In this document: in pieces, positions 28,085-39,263 of the stretch
How the letters are laid out: each line of letters starts with the position of its first letter
Numbering within the stretch: the first letter of the stretch is position 1
Source: Alphaproteobacteria bacterium
GTDB lineage: Bacteria > Pseudomonadota > Alphaproteobacteria > SP197
Assembly: GCA_964291415.2 (NCBI GenBank)
Contig: OZ219920.1
Span: 544,001-608,000 of the forward strand
Length of the DNA stretch: 64,000 bases
Reading direction: 5' to 3'
Notes under the pieces: generated by a model
The model's database searches: none
What the model was told of the DNA's origin: nothing
The model's input: only the letters and a program-made list of their open reading frames with translations
Program-made: the position numbers and the translations under genes

Positions 28085-28486
28085 TCATGGCGAGGCGCCG
28101 AGTACGAACCCCAGAACCATCGCGACGACGGCGAACATCGCAACGCCCCAGACGATGCTGCGAAGCCCGGGGATTCCGGAGGCGTAGGCGGGCAGGTAGA
28201 CCACCCGGCCGCAGAACCACACCCAGCCGCCGTACGCGGTCAAGTCGTTGGCGCGGCCAGACAGTTCGACGGCGATGAGCACCGCCAGCACGGCCGGCAG
28301 TGTTTCGAGATAGTTCGCACACGCGCGCTTCAAACGCCCGTTCACCAGAGTTTCGCGCGGCGGATTGTCGCGAGCACCGAGCGCCCAGGCGTTTCCTGCG
28401 GTGGCCCATTGGGCAAATCCATGCGCGCAGACGTGAACGAACAGCCACGCCCCCGCGAGCACGATCAGCAAGACTTCGTCGGTCAC
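28085..28486 (-). CDS. MAPEG-family membrane protein
   Basis: GARD...GRLKRACANYLETLP...GRVVYLPAYASGIPGLRS. Confidence 0.9.
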   Translation of the reverse strand: MTDEVLLIVLAGAWLFVHVCAHGFAQWATAGNAWALGARDNPPRETLVNGRLKRACANYLETLPAVLAVLIAVELSGRANDLTAYGGWVWFCGRVVYLPAYASGIPGLRSIVWGVAMFAVVAMVLGFVLGASP

Positions 28487-28904
28487 CGTACCAGCCCCCT
28501 GTCACACCACTGTCTCGCATCAGGCATCGTCATGGCGACCCCTCATCCACAAACTCTGCATCGGAAGACCGATTACTCTGAACCCAGACCCAGGTCGAAC
28601 CGGAAGAGTAGCAGGCGCAGCGGAGTCGTCACGTTCACGGCTCTCCTTATGCAACCCTACCGCCCCTCAGCAACGCTTGTCGGTGGTGGAGAGTTTTCAT
28701 GAGGGGGTCGTTCTCGTGCATGCTGAGCGGCTACGCACGGGCCTCCGCGGCCGATGGCGCGGCGAAGGCGCCGGGCTCGAGGTTGCCGACGCGTCAGCGA
28801 CGGCGCGCCGCTATGTCAAGCTTGCCCCGATGAGGCCCCTCGGTTGCCGGACCGGTCTGTCAATTTGGCACGCGCCCGAGTTTCCAGATGATGGCCGATC
28901 GTTT

Positions 28905-29069
28905 TCAGGGCCGCGTCGTCCTGGGATTACCCGCCAGCGAAGGTCAGCGTGTTGTCCTTGATTCGGTAGCCCTCGTCGATGAGGGCGGAGCATGCCGGCA
29001 GCGCGTGTCGTCGAATACGGCATCATGCAGCGTCGCCAAGATGCGGTCGAACATCGTTCAGTCGCTCAT
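28905..29069 (-). pseudogene. Truncated third copy of the LuxR-type regulator
   Basis: MSD*TMFDRILATLHDAVFDDT... aligns to the N-terminus of 36841-37989; stop at codon 4 and frameshifts. Confidence 0.85.
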
Positions 29070-29774
29070 GGCAGTGCCATCTTCGTGGCTCGCCCCGGGG
29101 CAGGCAATCCGCGGGCGGGATGGGAAGCTTGTATCCGATAAACGTGACGATTGAATAAAACTCAAACCTGTCCGGTTGTCGACGGTCGCTTCGGTTCTGC
29201 CGATGAACTCACTCCAATACAGGAGAGCAGACATTCTGCTGACAAACACTCCTGTGGCTCGAACTTCGCTTGATTCAGTCGCCATCTGCAAGGATAGGCG
29301 TTTGGATTCCGGTTAACCCCACCATTTTGAGGGTAGGTGTGAGAATATCGGAAGCACCGGTTTGAGTGAGCCGCAGGATTACCCGATCGAGTGCGGCGCC
29401 GCCCCCTCGCGTGTGAATGCGGTTTCCCGTCTGATTGCGGGGAGTCGAGTTTTCGCCTTTCAAATTCTTTGCTCCTCCCCGCAATATTGCCGGGGTGGTT
29501 GGGATCTCGGTTGCCTACCCTTCCATATGGGAAGTAGGTCTTTGACCCTTGGTTCGATTGTCGGAACGTCTTCAATGAAGTTGGCAAGTGCCTGAAGGAA
29601 GGTTTGGACTGTCTCTGAATCAAAATGCTTGGTTTCGTTGTTCATGGTTCAAGCTTCAGTAAAGGTGGAGGGGCCTTGGGAGTTCGCCGGGGAGGTCGAT
29701 GGGGACCGTGTGGCAGATGACAGCCCAGTTGGTTCATAATCTAGCCGCCGGTGCCGTGTGCAACTTGCGAGGAC

Positions 29775-30182
29775 ATGATGGCTAAGAAAGCCGACAGAAA
29801 GTCTAGAGGTCTTCAAAATGCCTTGAAGAAGATCGCGTTGCGATATCTGAAGGTGTACTTCGATAGTTCCATCGCCCTGGGCTTCTTTTGGCGAAGTTTC
29901 TGGACGTTCATTGGATCAGCGGCATTGTTTGCAATGTTGTTCTCCTTTTCCATCGGGGATCCGTTGTTCGCGTTCGAAAAGACGCTGAAGAGTGCACTGG
30001 GAGGCGACCTTGAAGTCAGTCAAGTTCTCTTGCTGGCTATGTTCTCCTCAACACCGTTGTTCCTTGCGCTAGCGGTTGGTTTGAGCGTTCGTACTGGGCG
30101 ACCATTACGCTTCTTTCTTATCGGCTTCTTCTTGTCTGGTTTGTTGCTTACAGTCGTGGATCTACAGGTTCCCCCCGGTTAG
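29775..30182 (+). CDS. Hypothetical membrane protein (low GC)
   Basis: Three to four hydrophobic segments; GAGGA RBS; ends just before the IS66 end. Confidence 0.6.
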   Translation: MMAKKADRKSRGLQNALKKIALRYLKVYFDSSIALGFFWRSFWTFIGSAALFAMLFSFSIGDPLFAFEKTLKSALGGDLEVSQVLLLAMFSSTPLFLALAVGLSVRTGRPLRFFLIGFFLSGLLLTVVDLQVPPG

Positions 30183-30253
30183 AACTAAGGTATCCGGTCA
30201 CTTTGCGACGTCGTTGACGCCGAGTGTCCGCACCCCTGAGCAGTCTGTGATTG

Positions 30254-30548
30254 TCAGGCGGCCTGCGGCGCCTTCGCGGGCTCGGCTTTGCTGACGTCGG
30301 ATGTCATCGGGTTGTCGGCGAAGTGGTCCTTCCACAGGCGTGGCGTCAGCTGAACCACGTCCCGGGCCGGATGGACCGAGACCCGCTGTAGGACATCCAA
30401 CAGCCACGTGTAGGGATCGATACCGTGCAGGCGACATGTCAGCACCAGGCGCTGCAGGATCCCGACGGCGTCCGCACCCGCCTCGCTCCAGCAGAACAGC
30501 CAGTTGCGGCGGCCCAGCGCGACCGGCCTGACGCACTTTTCGAGATGG
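30254..30548 (-). pseudogene. tnpC: IS66 tnpC C-terminal part
   Basis: HLEKCVRPVALGRRNWLFCWSEAGA...TCRLHGIDPYTWL. Confidence 0.9.
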
Positions 30549-30687
30549 CTATCCCGGACACCGGATTATTCCGGAGTCATTCCACAACCTGTGGATTTCT
30601 GCGGACATTGTGCGCTTGATGCCGGGATAATCACAAGCTGTCGTCTCCCGCTGGCTCGGTTGCCAGCGTCTGCAAAGGAGACGACAG

Positions 30688-31928
30688 ATGTCGACAACCA
30701 CCTTCTTTACCTCGTCAACGGGCTGGAACCTGTTGCACGCCGGCCCGCTCGGCGACCATGTTGATGATTTTGCAAACTGGCTCGCGGATCAGGGCTACGC
30801 GCGACCGACCGGACGTCGGAAGCTCCGACTGGCCGGTCAGTTCAGCCGCTGGCTGGAGGATCAGGGGCTCGGCCCTGCGGCACTGGACGAAGAGCACCTC
30901 GAACGGTTTCGTCGCTTCCGATCGCGCCACGGCAAGTACACGGCCAACGTCATGTCCGACGGTCGGACGCTGTTGACATGGCGCGCGAGTCCGGCCGTCT
31001 GGCGCCGCAAGCAGCCGAACCGTCGTGCGATGACCCGATCGGGGAGACCGTGGACCGGTATGAACGCTTCCTCTTCGACGAGCGCGGCGTAAGCCCGAGA
31101 ACCGTGCAGACTTATCTGTCGAGCGTTCGAGCCTTGTTCGGTGACCGTTTCCACTCCGGATCCCCTGCGGCTCTGGCTCTCCAGGACATCAACCGGTTCA
31201 TTCTCCACTCGTGTCAGCGCCACAGTCCGGCAACGACGCGGGGCCATGTGACGGCGTTGCGCAGTTTCACGGGATATCTGTATCGATCCGGGATCATGGC
31301 CACGGACATTGCCGATGGCATCGCCGGGGTCAGAGCCTGTCGTCTGTCGAACCTGCCCAGGGGGTTGGAGCCCGATCAGGTCCAGGCGGTGCTCGACAGT
31401 TGCGACCGCGGCACGGTCATCGGCCGGCGCGATTACGGCGTTCTGCTGTTGCTGGCGCTCCTCGGGTTGCGGGCCTGCGAGGTCGTCCGCCTGACCCTGG
31501 ACGACATCGACTGGTCGAACGCCGAGATCAGCGTGGTCGGCAAGGGTAGCCGGCGCGATGTTCTGCCCCTGCCCCACGAAGTCGGCGAAGGCCTGGCCGC
31601 GTATCTGCAGGCCGGTCGGCCGAGTTGTGCGACACGCCGTGTGTTCGTCGGGCGCTATGCCCCCGTTCACGGCTTTCAGTCGTCGGCCGCGGTCGGACAT
31701 ATCGTTCGTCGTGCGCTGGCACAGGCCGGAATCGAACGACCCGGCAGGGGCGCGGCCCACCTGTTTCGTCATGCGCTGGCAACCAGAATGCTGCGCAACG
31801 GAGCCTCGCTCGAGGAGATCGGGCAGATCCTGCGACACCAGCATCCCGACAGCACTCGGATCTACGCCAAGATCGATCTTGACGCCCTTCGCCCCCTGGC
31901 TCCGGCGTGGCCGGGAGGTGCGGCATGA
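30688..31928 (+). pseudogene. ritA: RIT tyrosine recombinase A, frameshift near 30981
   Basis: N-terminus in the 30688 frame, remainder in the 30978 frame; LGLRACEV, GKG, HLFRH, LRH, TRIY. Confidence 0.85.
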
Positions 31929-32851
31929 CAAGCCTTCGTATCCTCTGTGAGGACTATCTCGCCTTCCGCCGCGCCCTGGGAACCAAGCTCATCATGACGC
32001 GCGGACTCCTGCTCCAGTTCATCGCCTTTCTGGCGCAGCGCGAGGCTCCGTTCATCACCGCCGCGTTGGCGCTCGAGTGGGCCAGCACGCCGCAAGGCGT
32101 GCAGCAGGAATGGCGAGCGCGCCGGCTGTCGGAAGTCCGTCAGTTCGCCCGCTATGTTCACGCGCTCGATCCGCGCCACGAGATCCCGCCTCAGCGGCTC
32201 CTGCCCTATCGGCGCCAGCGGCCCCAGCCCTACATCTACAGCGATAGTGAGATCGAAGATCTGATCGGCGCCGCGCGTGACCTGTCGGGACGACTCCGCC
32301 CGCGGACCTGTTCGACGATGCTGGGCCTGCTGGCGGTGACCGGCATGCGCAGCGGCGAAGTGGTCCGTCTCGACCGCGACGATGTCGATCTCCGGCGCGG
32401 CGTGCTGACGATCCGCGAGAGCAAGTTCGCCAAGTCGCGTGTCAACCTGTGCCATGACACAACCGTGCGCGCTTTGGTCGACTACGCTGCCTGGCGCGAT
32501 GAGCTCTGTCCTCGGCCGCATTCTCCCGCCTTCTTCCTGAACCAACGCGCGAATCGGATCGACAAGGCACGCTTCCGCATGACGTTCAAGGACCTGGCGT
32601 GTCAGACCGGGTTGCGCGACCCCGCGGCCTCCCGAGGGCCCCGCCTTCACGAGCGCCATACCTTCTCCGTCAGAACTCTGATCCGATGGTATCGCGACGG
32701 CGTCGACATCGAGCGCCACCTGCCTCGTCTCTCCACCTGGCTCGGCCATAGCTCCATTGCCGGTTCCTACTGGTACCTTACAGCGGTCCCCGAGCTCATG
32801 GCGCTTGCCGCCCGGCGTCTCGATGAACAGCAGGGGAGGCGCAGTTCATGA
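31925..32851 (+). CDS. ritB: RIT tyrosine recombinase B
   Basis: TGMRSGE, SKFAKSR, LSTWLGH...YWYLTAVPEL; the HxxR box reads RLHERH (one codon short). Confidence 0.9.
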   Translation: MTSLRILCEDYLAFRRALGTKLIMTRGLLLQFIAFLAQREAPFITAALALEWASTPQGVQQEWRARRLSEVRQFARYVHALDPRHEIPPQRLLPYRRQRPQPYIYSDSEIEDLIGAARDLSGRLRPRTCSTMLGLLAVTGMRSGEVVRLDRDDVDLRRGVLTIRESKFAKSRVNLCHDTTVRALVDYAAWRDELCPRPHSPAFFLNQRANRIDKARFRMTFKDLACQTGLRDPAASRGPRLHERHTFSVRTLIRWYRDGVDIERHLPRLSTWLGHSSIAGSYWYLTAVPELMALAARRLDEQQGRRSS

Positions 32852-33846
32852 GTGCGATCGCCGACTTCGCCAGGCTGCTGACCCTGTTCTTCTCCAGCTA
32901 CCTCATGCAGCAGCGTCAGGTCAGCCCCAACACCATCGCCAGCTACCGCGACACCTTCCGGCTGCTCGTCACCTTTGCCAACAAGGTCCTCGGCAAGCCG
33001 CCGCAGGACCTGTCATTCGAGGATCTCGACGCCGACGTTATCGGCGACTTCCTCCATCATCTCGAGCACGAGCGCGGCAACGACGTCCGTACCCGCAATG
33101 CCCGCCTGGCGGCCATCCGTTCCCTGTTCGGTTATGTCGCCATGCACGAACCGCAGCATGCGGCCCTGGCTCAGCGGGTCCTGGCCATACCGACCAAACG
33201 CCATACCCGACGAGAGGTCGACTTCCTCAATCGCGCGGAGAGCGAGGCCCTCCTGCGGGCGCCGGATCAGACCAGCTGGGTCGGGCGACGCGACTACTGC
33301 TTGTTGCTGGTGGCCCTGCAGACAGGCATGCGGAGCTCAGAGATCATCGCCCTGCGCCACGCTGATGTCCGCCTTGACGACGGCGCCCACGTCCGCTGTC
33401 ACGGCAAGGGGCGCAAGGAGCGATCGATCCCGTTGCGCCGGGACTCGGTCGCGGCACTCGACGCGTGGTTCAAGGAGCGTGGCGGCGAGCCCTGTGACCC
33501 GGTCTTCCCCAACCAGCGCGGCAGACCGCTCACCCATGACAGCTTCGCCTATCTCCTGGCTCGCAACCTGGCCGCCGCGCGGTCAGGCTGCCCGTCGCTG
33601 GGAAGCAAGCGGGTGACACCCCATACCCTGCGGCACAGCGCCGCCATGGACCTGCTTCACAACGGCGTTGACCGCGCCACCATCGCCTTGTGGCTGGGCC
33701 ACGAATCCGTCGAGACCACCTACATCTATCTGCATGCCGATCGCGAATTGAAGGAGCGGGCCATGGCCAGAACCGTCCCCACCGGAGCCCCAATGCGAAG
33801 GTACGAACCCGAGGACAACGTCCTGGCGTTCCTGAACGGCTTGTGA
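32848..33846 (+). CDS. ritC: RIT tyrosine recombinase C
   Basis: TGMRSSE, GKGRKER, HTLRH, WLGHESVETTYIY. Confidence 0.94.
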   Translation: MSAIADFARLLTLFFSSYLMQQRQVSPNTIASYRDTFRLLVTFANKVLGKPPQDLSFEDLDADVIGDFLHHLEHERGNDVRTRNARLAAIRSLFGYVAMHEPQHAALAQRVLAIPTKRHTRREVDFLNRAESEALLRAPDQTSWVGRRDYCLLLVALQTGMRSSEIIALRHADVRLDDGAHVRCHGKGRKERSIPLRRDSVAALDAWFKERGGEPCDPVFPNQRGRPLTHDSFAYLLARNLAAARSGCPSLGSKRVTPHTLRHSAAMDLLHNGVDRATIALWLGHESVETTYIYLHADRELKERAMARTVPTGAPMRRYEPEDNVLAFLNGL

Positions 33847-33929
33847 TTATCCCGGCATCAAGCGCACAATGTCCGCAGAAATCCACAGGTTGTGGAATGA
33901 CTCCGGAATAATCCGGTGTCCGGGATAGT

Positions 33930-33959
33930 CATCTTTATTCCAGATCTGGAATAAAGATG
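33930..33959. repeat. Perfect 30-bp palindrome CATCTTTATTCCAGA|TCTGGAATAAAGATG
   Basis: Directly visible, at the RIT right junction. Confidence 0.95.
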
Positions 33960-35284
33960 GTTCGTGTCGATGGGCACGTCGGGATCCTGGAGGCAGATCT
34001 CGAGGCCGCTCTTATGTGGTTGCGGGCGTAGCCGATGGCCTTGAGCAGGGGATCCTGCGGCGGGCGCGTCATGTCATCAGCCATGGCATCGCACCATCGC
34101 CAGAAGGCCTCGACGATCGGCCGGGAATGCTCCCGGCGCCAGAGAAGCTTCTCCCGGCCGCCGAGCTTCTCACTGCGGATCTTCTCCTCCTCCGCATAGA
34201 GATCGCCGATGAGGTCGAGGGCCTCGTCGCAGCGCACCGGATCGAGATCCCGGATCTTCGCAAACTCACGCCTGGCGTGACTCCAGCGGCTGGCGTGGAC
34301 CACCGCCTCCCCGCGGGCCTTCGCATAGGCGTCGTAGCCCTGGTAGCCGTCGCTGAGAAGGGTGCCCGAGAAGTCCCCGAGGAATGCCTCGACATGGCGG
34401 TGTTCCCGGGACGGGGCATAGTGGAAGACGATCTCGTCGCGATCGCCGAAGATCGGCCAGAAAAAGGCCTGGCGCATCTTCCCCGGACCGGTCCTGCCGG
34501 CCTTGATCGAGGTCTCGTCCATGGCCAGAACGGCGCTCTCCAGAACCGATCGGCACTGCGCCTCGAAGATCGGCTCGAGCAACGCCGTCGTTCTCAACAT
34601 CCACGAGGTCAGGCTGGCACGGCTGAGCGTCACTCCCGCTGCCTGCAGGCGCTGGTGCTGGCGATGCAGCGGCAGGTGCCAGACAAGCTTGTCGACGATC
34701 ATCCCCGCCAGGAAGCTGACATCCGCACAGCTGCGCTCAAGAACCGCAGCCGGCGCCGATGCCGCCATCATCTCGCCGGTGTCCCGGCGCTTGAAGGTCT
34801 CGCTCACGTAGCGCAGCACCACCCATGAGCCCGGCTCCTGGGCCAAGCGGTGGGTCACCTTCTCGCCCACCTTCACCCGATCACCTTCTGGGATCGCCTC
34901 GGCCTCGGGGTTGGCAACATGGATCGTCTTCACCGGCACCGTGTCGTCGAACCGCAGGCCTTCCTCGTTGACACAGCCTTCGCGACTCTTACGCCGCCGC
35001 TTCCGCCGCACCACCTCTTTGACTTCCGCGCCCTTGCCGGCCGCGGACGCCTCGCCGAAGAGGTTGCCCATCTCGGATGGGTCCGCCATCAGACGCCGTT
35101 CCGAGGTCGCGCCGAAGATCTGCTTCCTGAACCAGGTCAGCGTCTGCCTGAGCGACGCGACCTCCTCAGCGTCGCTCGGCGTTCTCCTGTTCCAGGGCGG
35201 CGATCGTGTGAGAGGCAACTGCCATCGAGGACCACATGTCCTTGTAGAGACCGTGGATGGTCCCTACCGTCGGGTGTGGTTCAT
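33955..35284 (-). pseudogene. tnpC: IS66 tnpC N-terminal and central part (frameshifted)
   Basis: FGATSER, HLPLHRQ, AMDET, LLSDGYQGY, WSHARR; ends at PIDTNH at the RIT junction. Confidence 0.9.
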
Positions 35285-35315
35285 GTCAAGGAGAACCATC
35301 TGGAGTCATGGGTCT

Positions 35316-35666
35316 TCATGGCTCTCCGGTCCAGCGCCGGCGGCGGCCCGTCACGCGGATCTCCAGGCCATCCACAAGAGCATGGAACTCCGCCCGCGAC
35401 AGCACCCGCTTGTCCGATCTGCCACAACTCAGGGAGGCGAAGAGCCCCTTCTCAAGACGCTTGGCCCAGATGCAGAACCCGCCCGCCTCGAAGCACAGCA
35501 CCTTGCACAGTGTCCGCCGGCGGTTGATGAAGACGTACCAGCGGCCCGACAGGGGATCGTCCCCGAGGTGCTGCCTCACCAGGGCCTGCAGGCCATCAAA
35601 GGACTTGCGCATGTCGACGGGATCGCGGGCAAGCCACACACCGCCCCGCGGCCAGCCACCCAGCAT
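35316..35666 (-). CDS. tnpB: IS66 accessory protein TnpB
   Basis: PVDMRKSFDGL...VFINRRR...WAKRLEKGLF. Confidence 0.93.
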   Translation of the reverse strand: MLGGWPRGGVWLARDPVDMRKSFDGLQALVRQHLGDDPLSGRWYVFINRRRTLCKVLCFEAGGFCIWAKRLEKGLFASLSCGRSDKRVLSRAEFHALVDGLEIRVTGRRRRWTGEP

Positions 35667-35926
35667 CAGGACTTCCGCAGGCGCAGGACCGTGCCGTCGT
35701 CAAAAGCCAGTTCGACATCCCAGGCCGCCGCCTCCGGAGGCGTCACCTCGACAAAGGTCGTCTCCTGCTTGAGCCGCCAGTAGCGCAACGAACTGCACGA
35801 GATGCCGTGCAGGCGACAGAACTCGGCCTGGGTGCCGAGGAAGCGCTCGTACTCTTCGCAGATCTCGCGCCATCGGGCCGCACCCTTCCTCGGCGACCGT
35901 GAGCGAACAACATCGGAAACCGACAT
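35666..35926 (-). CDS. tnpA: IS66 accessory protein TnpA
   Basis: W......TQAEFCRLHGI...SLRYW...FVEV. Confidence 0.85.
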   Translation of the reverse strand: MSVSDVVRSRSPRKGAARWREICEEYERFLGTQAEFCRLHGISCSSLRYWRLKQETTFVEVTPPEAAAWDVELAFDDGTVLRLRKS

Positions 35927-36840
35927 GACAATCTCCCTTCGCGCGTGACAAAACGCCAAGGGATAGCGCGAGTCATCACAGCCTCAAGGCCGTCCTGGAA
36001 TGTCCGGTTACCCCGGGACGGCACCGACCCGGGGGTGCATCCGGCGGCCTGACAGCCGGCCACAGTGAAGCGTGAGTGCTCGAGGCAGGTTTCCATCGGC
36101 GCGGGCGAACTGTGCGCCGTCACCGTCTCCATCGACTACAGGTGGGCCGGCGACGGGGTTCCGAATTCCGGTTCCTTGAATTCCTGTCGGATCAGGGCGG
36201 TTCCGGGCCAGAAGATCTCTTTCTCTGCTCAGCGAGCAATGTGCTCCAATTCCGATGAATTCGGCAGTGCCGTTTTCAAGAGAGCAACCATGTCAAATAT
36301 GCCGCACTTTAGTTCGCCCAGCTTCGACCATCAGCGGGTTGGCTTGTGATGGCAAATGGTCAGGCTTGCACAATCCACCTGACCGGAGAAGGAGTGCCGC
36401 GATGACCGCCAACGACTTGACGACCCTATCGACCCCAGTTGGAGACGAGTTCCGACAGCGAATCTTCTTCTCGAGATGATCTAGTTTGCGGCCTGGGCGC
36501 GCCTTATGGTCCTGGAAGTGGAGGGGCTGACTGGTGCCGCGTGTGGATTGGCGTGTCGATGCTGCTCACAGCCAGCGTCGCCAGTAGTCCGGCTGCGGCG
36601 CAGTTCACGGGCATGATGCTCGACTCTTCCTGCCAATGGCGGAGAATGGCGCGCGAGGGTCGCGAATCCCGGCCGACAGCCGACTTCCGCGAGTCGTGTG
36701 AATGCCAGGCCATCGTCGGCATCGTGTTCCCGGCGACATTGCGCGGACCGACCCCAAAAAACTTGCAAATGACGCCTGGCCGATGCGCGAGGCTGCCGGT
36801 CCTTTCGGCACCAACCCATGTTCCGAGCGACGAATTGAAT

Positions 36841-37989
36841 TCAGGGTCCGAGATCGGGACCCCCGTCAAGCGAGAGCACCTCCCGCACGAGGTCGGTCTG
36901 CCGGGAGATGCCGCGTTTCTCGAATATCTGCCGCACGTGCCAGCGGACGGTCCGCTCCGAGCGGCCGGTGGTCGTGGCAATGTTGCGGACGGTCCTGCCT
37001 TCGGCCAGCAGTACCGCCACGCGGCTTTCCGCCGGTGTCAGGCCGAGGGCCGCCGCTGCCATGAGCGGATCGATGACTTTCGGCTCCTGATCGATGACCA
37101 GAACGAGTGCGGCGACGCGCCAGGGGCGGAAGTCGATCTCACCGGCGCCGACAGGATTGATGTGCACCGAGAGCCCGGGCAGACGGTTCGGGCGGCCGAC
37201 CATGAGCGAACCGCCCGCACCCTGTTCGGTCCGAGTTGGCAGCGCGCGCGCCAGCGCTGCCTGGAGCGCGTTGTCGTCGACGGGCAGTCGGGCATGGAGA
37301 CTGCCGGCCCGGTCAAGGAGCGCATCGCCCTTCCTGAGAATTCTTCTCGCGTGTTCGTTCGTCGCGACGATCCGTCCGCGACCGTCGAGATGGACGATAG
37401 CCAGGCCTCTCGTCTCCAGCAGGCCGGTGAGGGATACTCCCAGCGCCTTGGCGTCACGGAGCACCTGCCGGACAACTACGTATTGGCGAATGTGGGGCAG
37501 CAGCGCCCGAATTGCCTCGATCTGATCAAACGACCAGCCGTCCCCATCGACGGGATCGGCCGAACTCCAGGTAATGCGCGATCCGTTCGGCCCATCCATG
37601 CGCACGATGACGCCGTCGTGGTACTCGTTCTTGGGCAGAATTTCATTATAGGTCGCCGACGTCTTCATTTCCTCCTTGGTGTACAGGCTGGCGACGTGGA
37701 CTACCTCGCTGTCGGGCAGGCGAAACACCCGCGGTACCTTCTCGTCCTGCGGGTAGTAGACATCGAAGTATTCACACTCCAGGGTGTAGTGGCGCTCGCC
37801 TCGCAGATAGAGCCGGGCCAGGTAGATTTCCGCTTCGTCCTGGGATTGCCCGCGAGCGAAGGTCAGCATGTTGCCCTTGATCCGGCAGACCTCGTCGATG
37901 AGGGCGGAGCATGGCGGCCAGAGTGTGTCGTCAAGCACGGCATCGTGCAGCATCGCCAGGATGCGATCGAACGTTGTTCTGTCGCTCAT
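36841..37989 (-). CDS. LuxR-type HTH regulator with GAF/PAS-like region, paralog of 2516-3661
   Basis: GLTPAESRVAVLLAEG.TVRNIA...TVRWHVRQIFEK.GISRQTDLV. Confidence 0.92.
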   Translation of the reverse strand: MSDRTTFDRILAMLHDAVLDDTLWPPCSALIDEVCRIKGNMLTFARGQSQDEAEIYLARLYLRGERHYTLECEYFDVYYPQDEKVPRVFRLPDSEVVHVASLYTKEEMKTSATYNEILPKNEYHDGVIVRMDGPNGSRITWSSADPVDGDGWSFDQIEAIRALLPHIRQYVVVRQVLRDAKALGVSLTGLLETRGLAIVHLDGRGRIVATNEHARRILRKGDALLDRAGSLHARLPVDDNALQAALARALPTRTEQGAGGSLMVGRPNRLPGLSVHINPVGAGEIDFRPWRVAALVLVIDQEPKVIDPLMAAAALGLTPAESRVAVLLAEGRTVRNIATTTGRSERTVRWHVRQIFEKRGISRQTDLVREVLSLDGGPDLGP

Positions 37990-38469
37990 GGCGGCGCCAT
38001 CACCGCGACTTGCGCCGGGCAGGCAATCCGTGGACCAGGTGGGACGCTTGAATCAGATGAGCGAGCCGGTTGAAAGACACTCAAGCCTGGCCGGTCGCCG
38101 ACGGTCGCTTCGGTTCTGCCGGTGAACTCATTCCAATGCAGGAAAGCGGACATTCTGTCTGACGCTCAATCCGGTGATTCAAACCCAGCTAATTTCAATC
38201 TCCATCAGCAAGAGTAGGCGGTCCGGGTTCCGGTGACCCCCCAATTTGAGGGGGGTGTGTGAGAACATCTGAAAACTTGGCCCAAGGGAGTTGCAGGAAC
38301 ACCAGATCGAGCGCGGCACGCGGTCCGCTCACATGTCAATTCGGGTTCCTTGTCCTCTCCCGCAGATTGGCACGTTCGCCTTGCGGGATTTCCGCCTCGC
38401 ACCCGCAATGTTGCAGGGGCGGTGGGGCTCTCGATCGTCTACTCCTCCCGACGGGAAGGAGGCTGGTGA

Positions 38470-39010
38470 TGACGCGAATGAGAAGAGTCCTCTCGACGAC
38501 ACTGCACTCTTGTCGGCGCTGGCCGGAACGGCGTCGCTAGGTCAGTCGAGTTGGCGACCGCCACCAAGCGCGATTCGATCGTCCGGGAGGCACCCTTCTG
38601 CGTGAAGGTCCTGTCCGAGGCGGAGGTCCGGCGCCTGAACATTCCGATCATCGAAGATCAATCCCTCGGCGTGCCCGGGCTGTCGATACAGAACCCCGGA
38701 CCCGGACAGAGCGTCTTCGCCATCCGTGGTGTCTCCTCCGGGCAGATCGCGCTCGATCAGCCGGCAACCGCTGGCCAGTCGGGATGCGAGCGCCTTGGCG
38801 GGCAGTGTGGGCGTGGGCCTCAGGTCGGCAGACGAAGCTGTCTGGTTGCCTTCCAGCCTGCGCGAAGCCACCGAGACCGAGCAGATGACGCACGAACTGC
38901 GCCTTGTCTCCGATGAAGGCGGTGACGACCGGCGGCTCGTCGGTGCGTTCTTCTCCAGCGCGGAACGCGACCATTCGCGGAGGTTTCCCATCCCGGGCCG
39001 GAATTCACTC
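38470..39010 (+). pseudogene. TonB-dependent receptor relic with a large internal deletion
   Basis: Plug TATKR...VPGLSIQNPGPGQSVFAIRGVSSG adjacent to the barrel fragment QMTHELRLVS...LVGAFFS. Confidence 0.75.
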
Positions 39011-39263
39011 CATGGGAGTTCCGGCGATCTCTCGACACATCCGCGGCGCAAGGACGCTCCGGTCGTGAAGCCCGGTGCAACGACTGTAGCCGTCGGGGCG
39101 TGGGCACGGACCGCGCTCAGCGCCTCGGCACGGAGCTGCATCGGCCATGCCTCGCAATCCAACGCCAATGGCGCTGTCGTAGCGGTCCGGGGCCGCTGTT
39201 GCGAGACCATGAGTGTGAACATCTGCCTGGTGTGCCAGGAGACCATCACAGAGGACAGGAAGC

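Larger units (their letters stand above)
30549..33954 (+). mobile_element. RIT (recombinase-in-trio) element
   Basis: Three overlapping tyrosine recombinase genes; 90-bp perfect IRs at 30549-30638 and 33839-33928; flanked by duplicated AGATGG (30543-30548, 33955-33960). Confidence 0.93.
30190..36011 (-). mobile_element. IS66-family element interrupted by a RIT element
   Basis: Ends GTATCCGGTCAC (30190) and, on the minus strand, GTAACCGGACAT (36011); tnpA-tnpB-tnpC order; no 8-bp TSD seen. Confidence 0.85.

Noticed and set aside
35316-35666. IS66 TnpB as an RNA-guided nuclease
   Set aside because: IS66 TnpB is an unrelated small accessory protein; the name is shared only.
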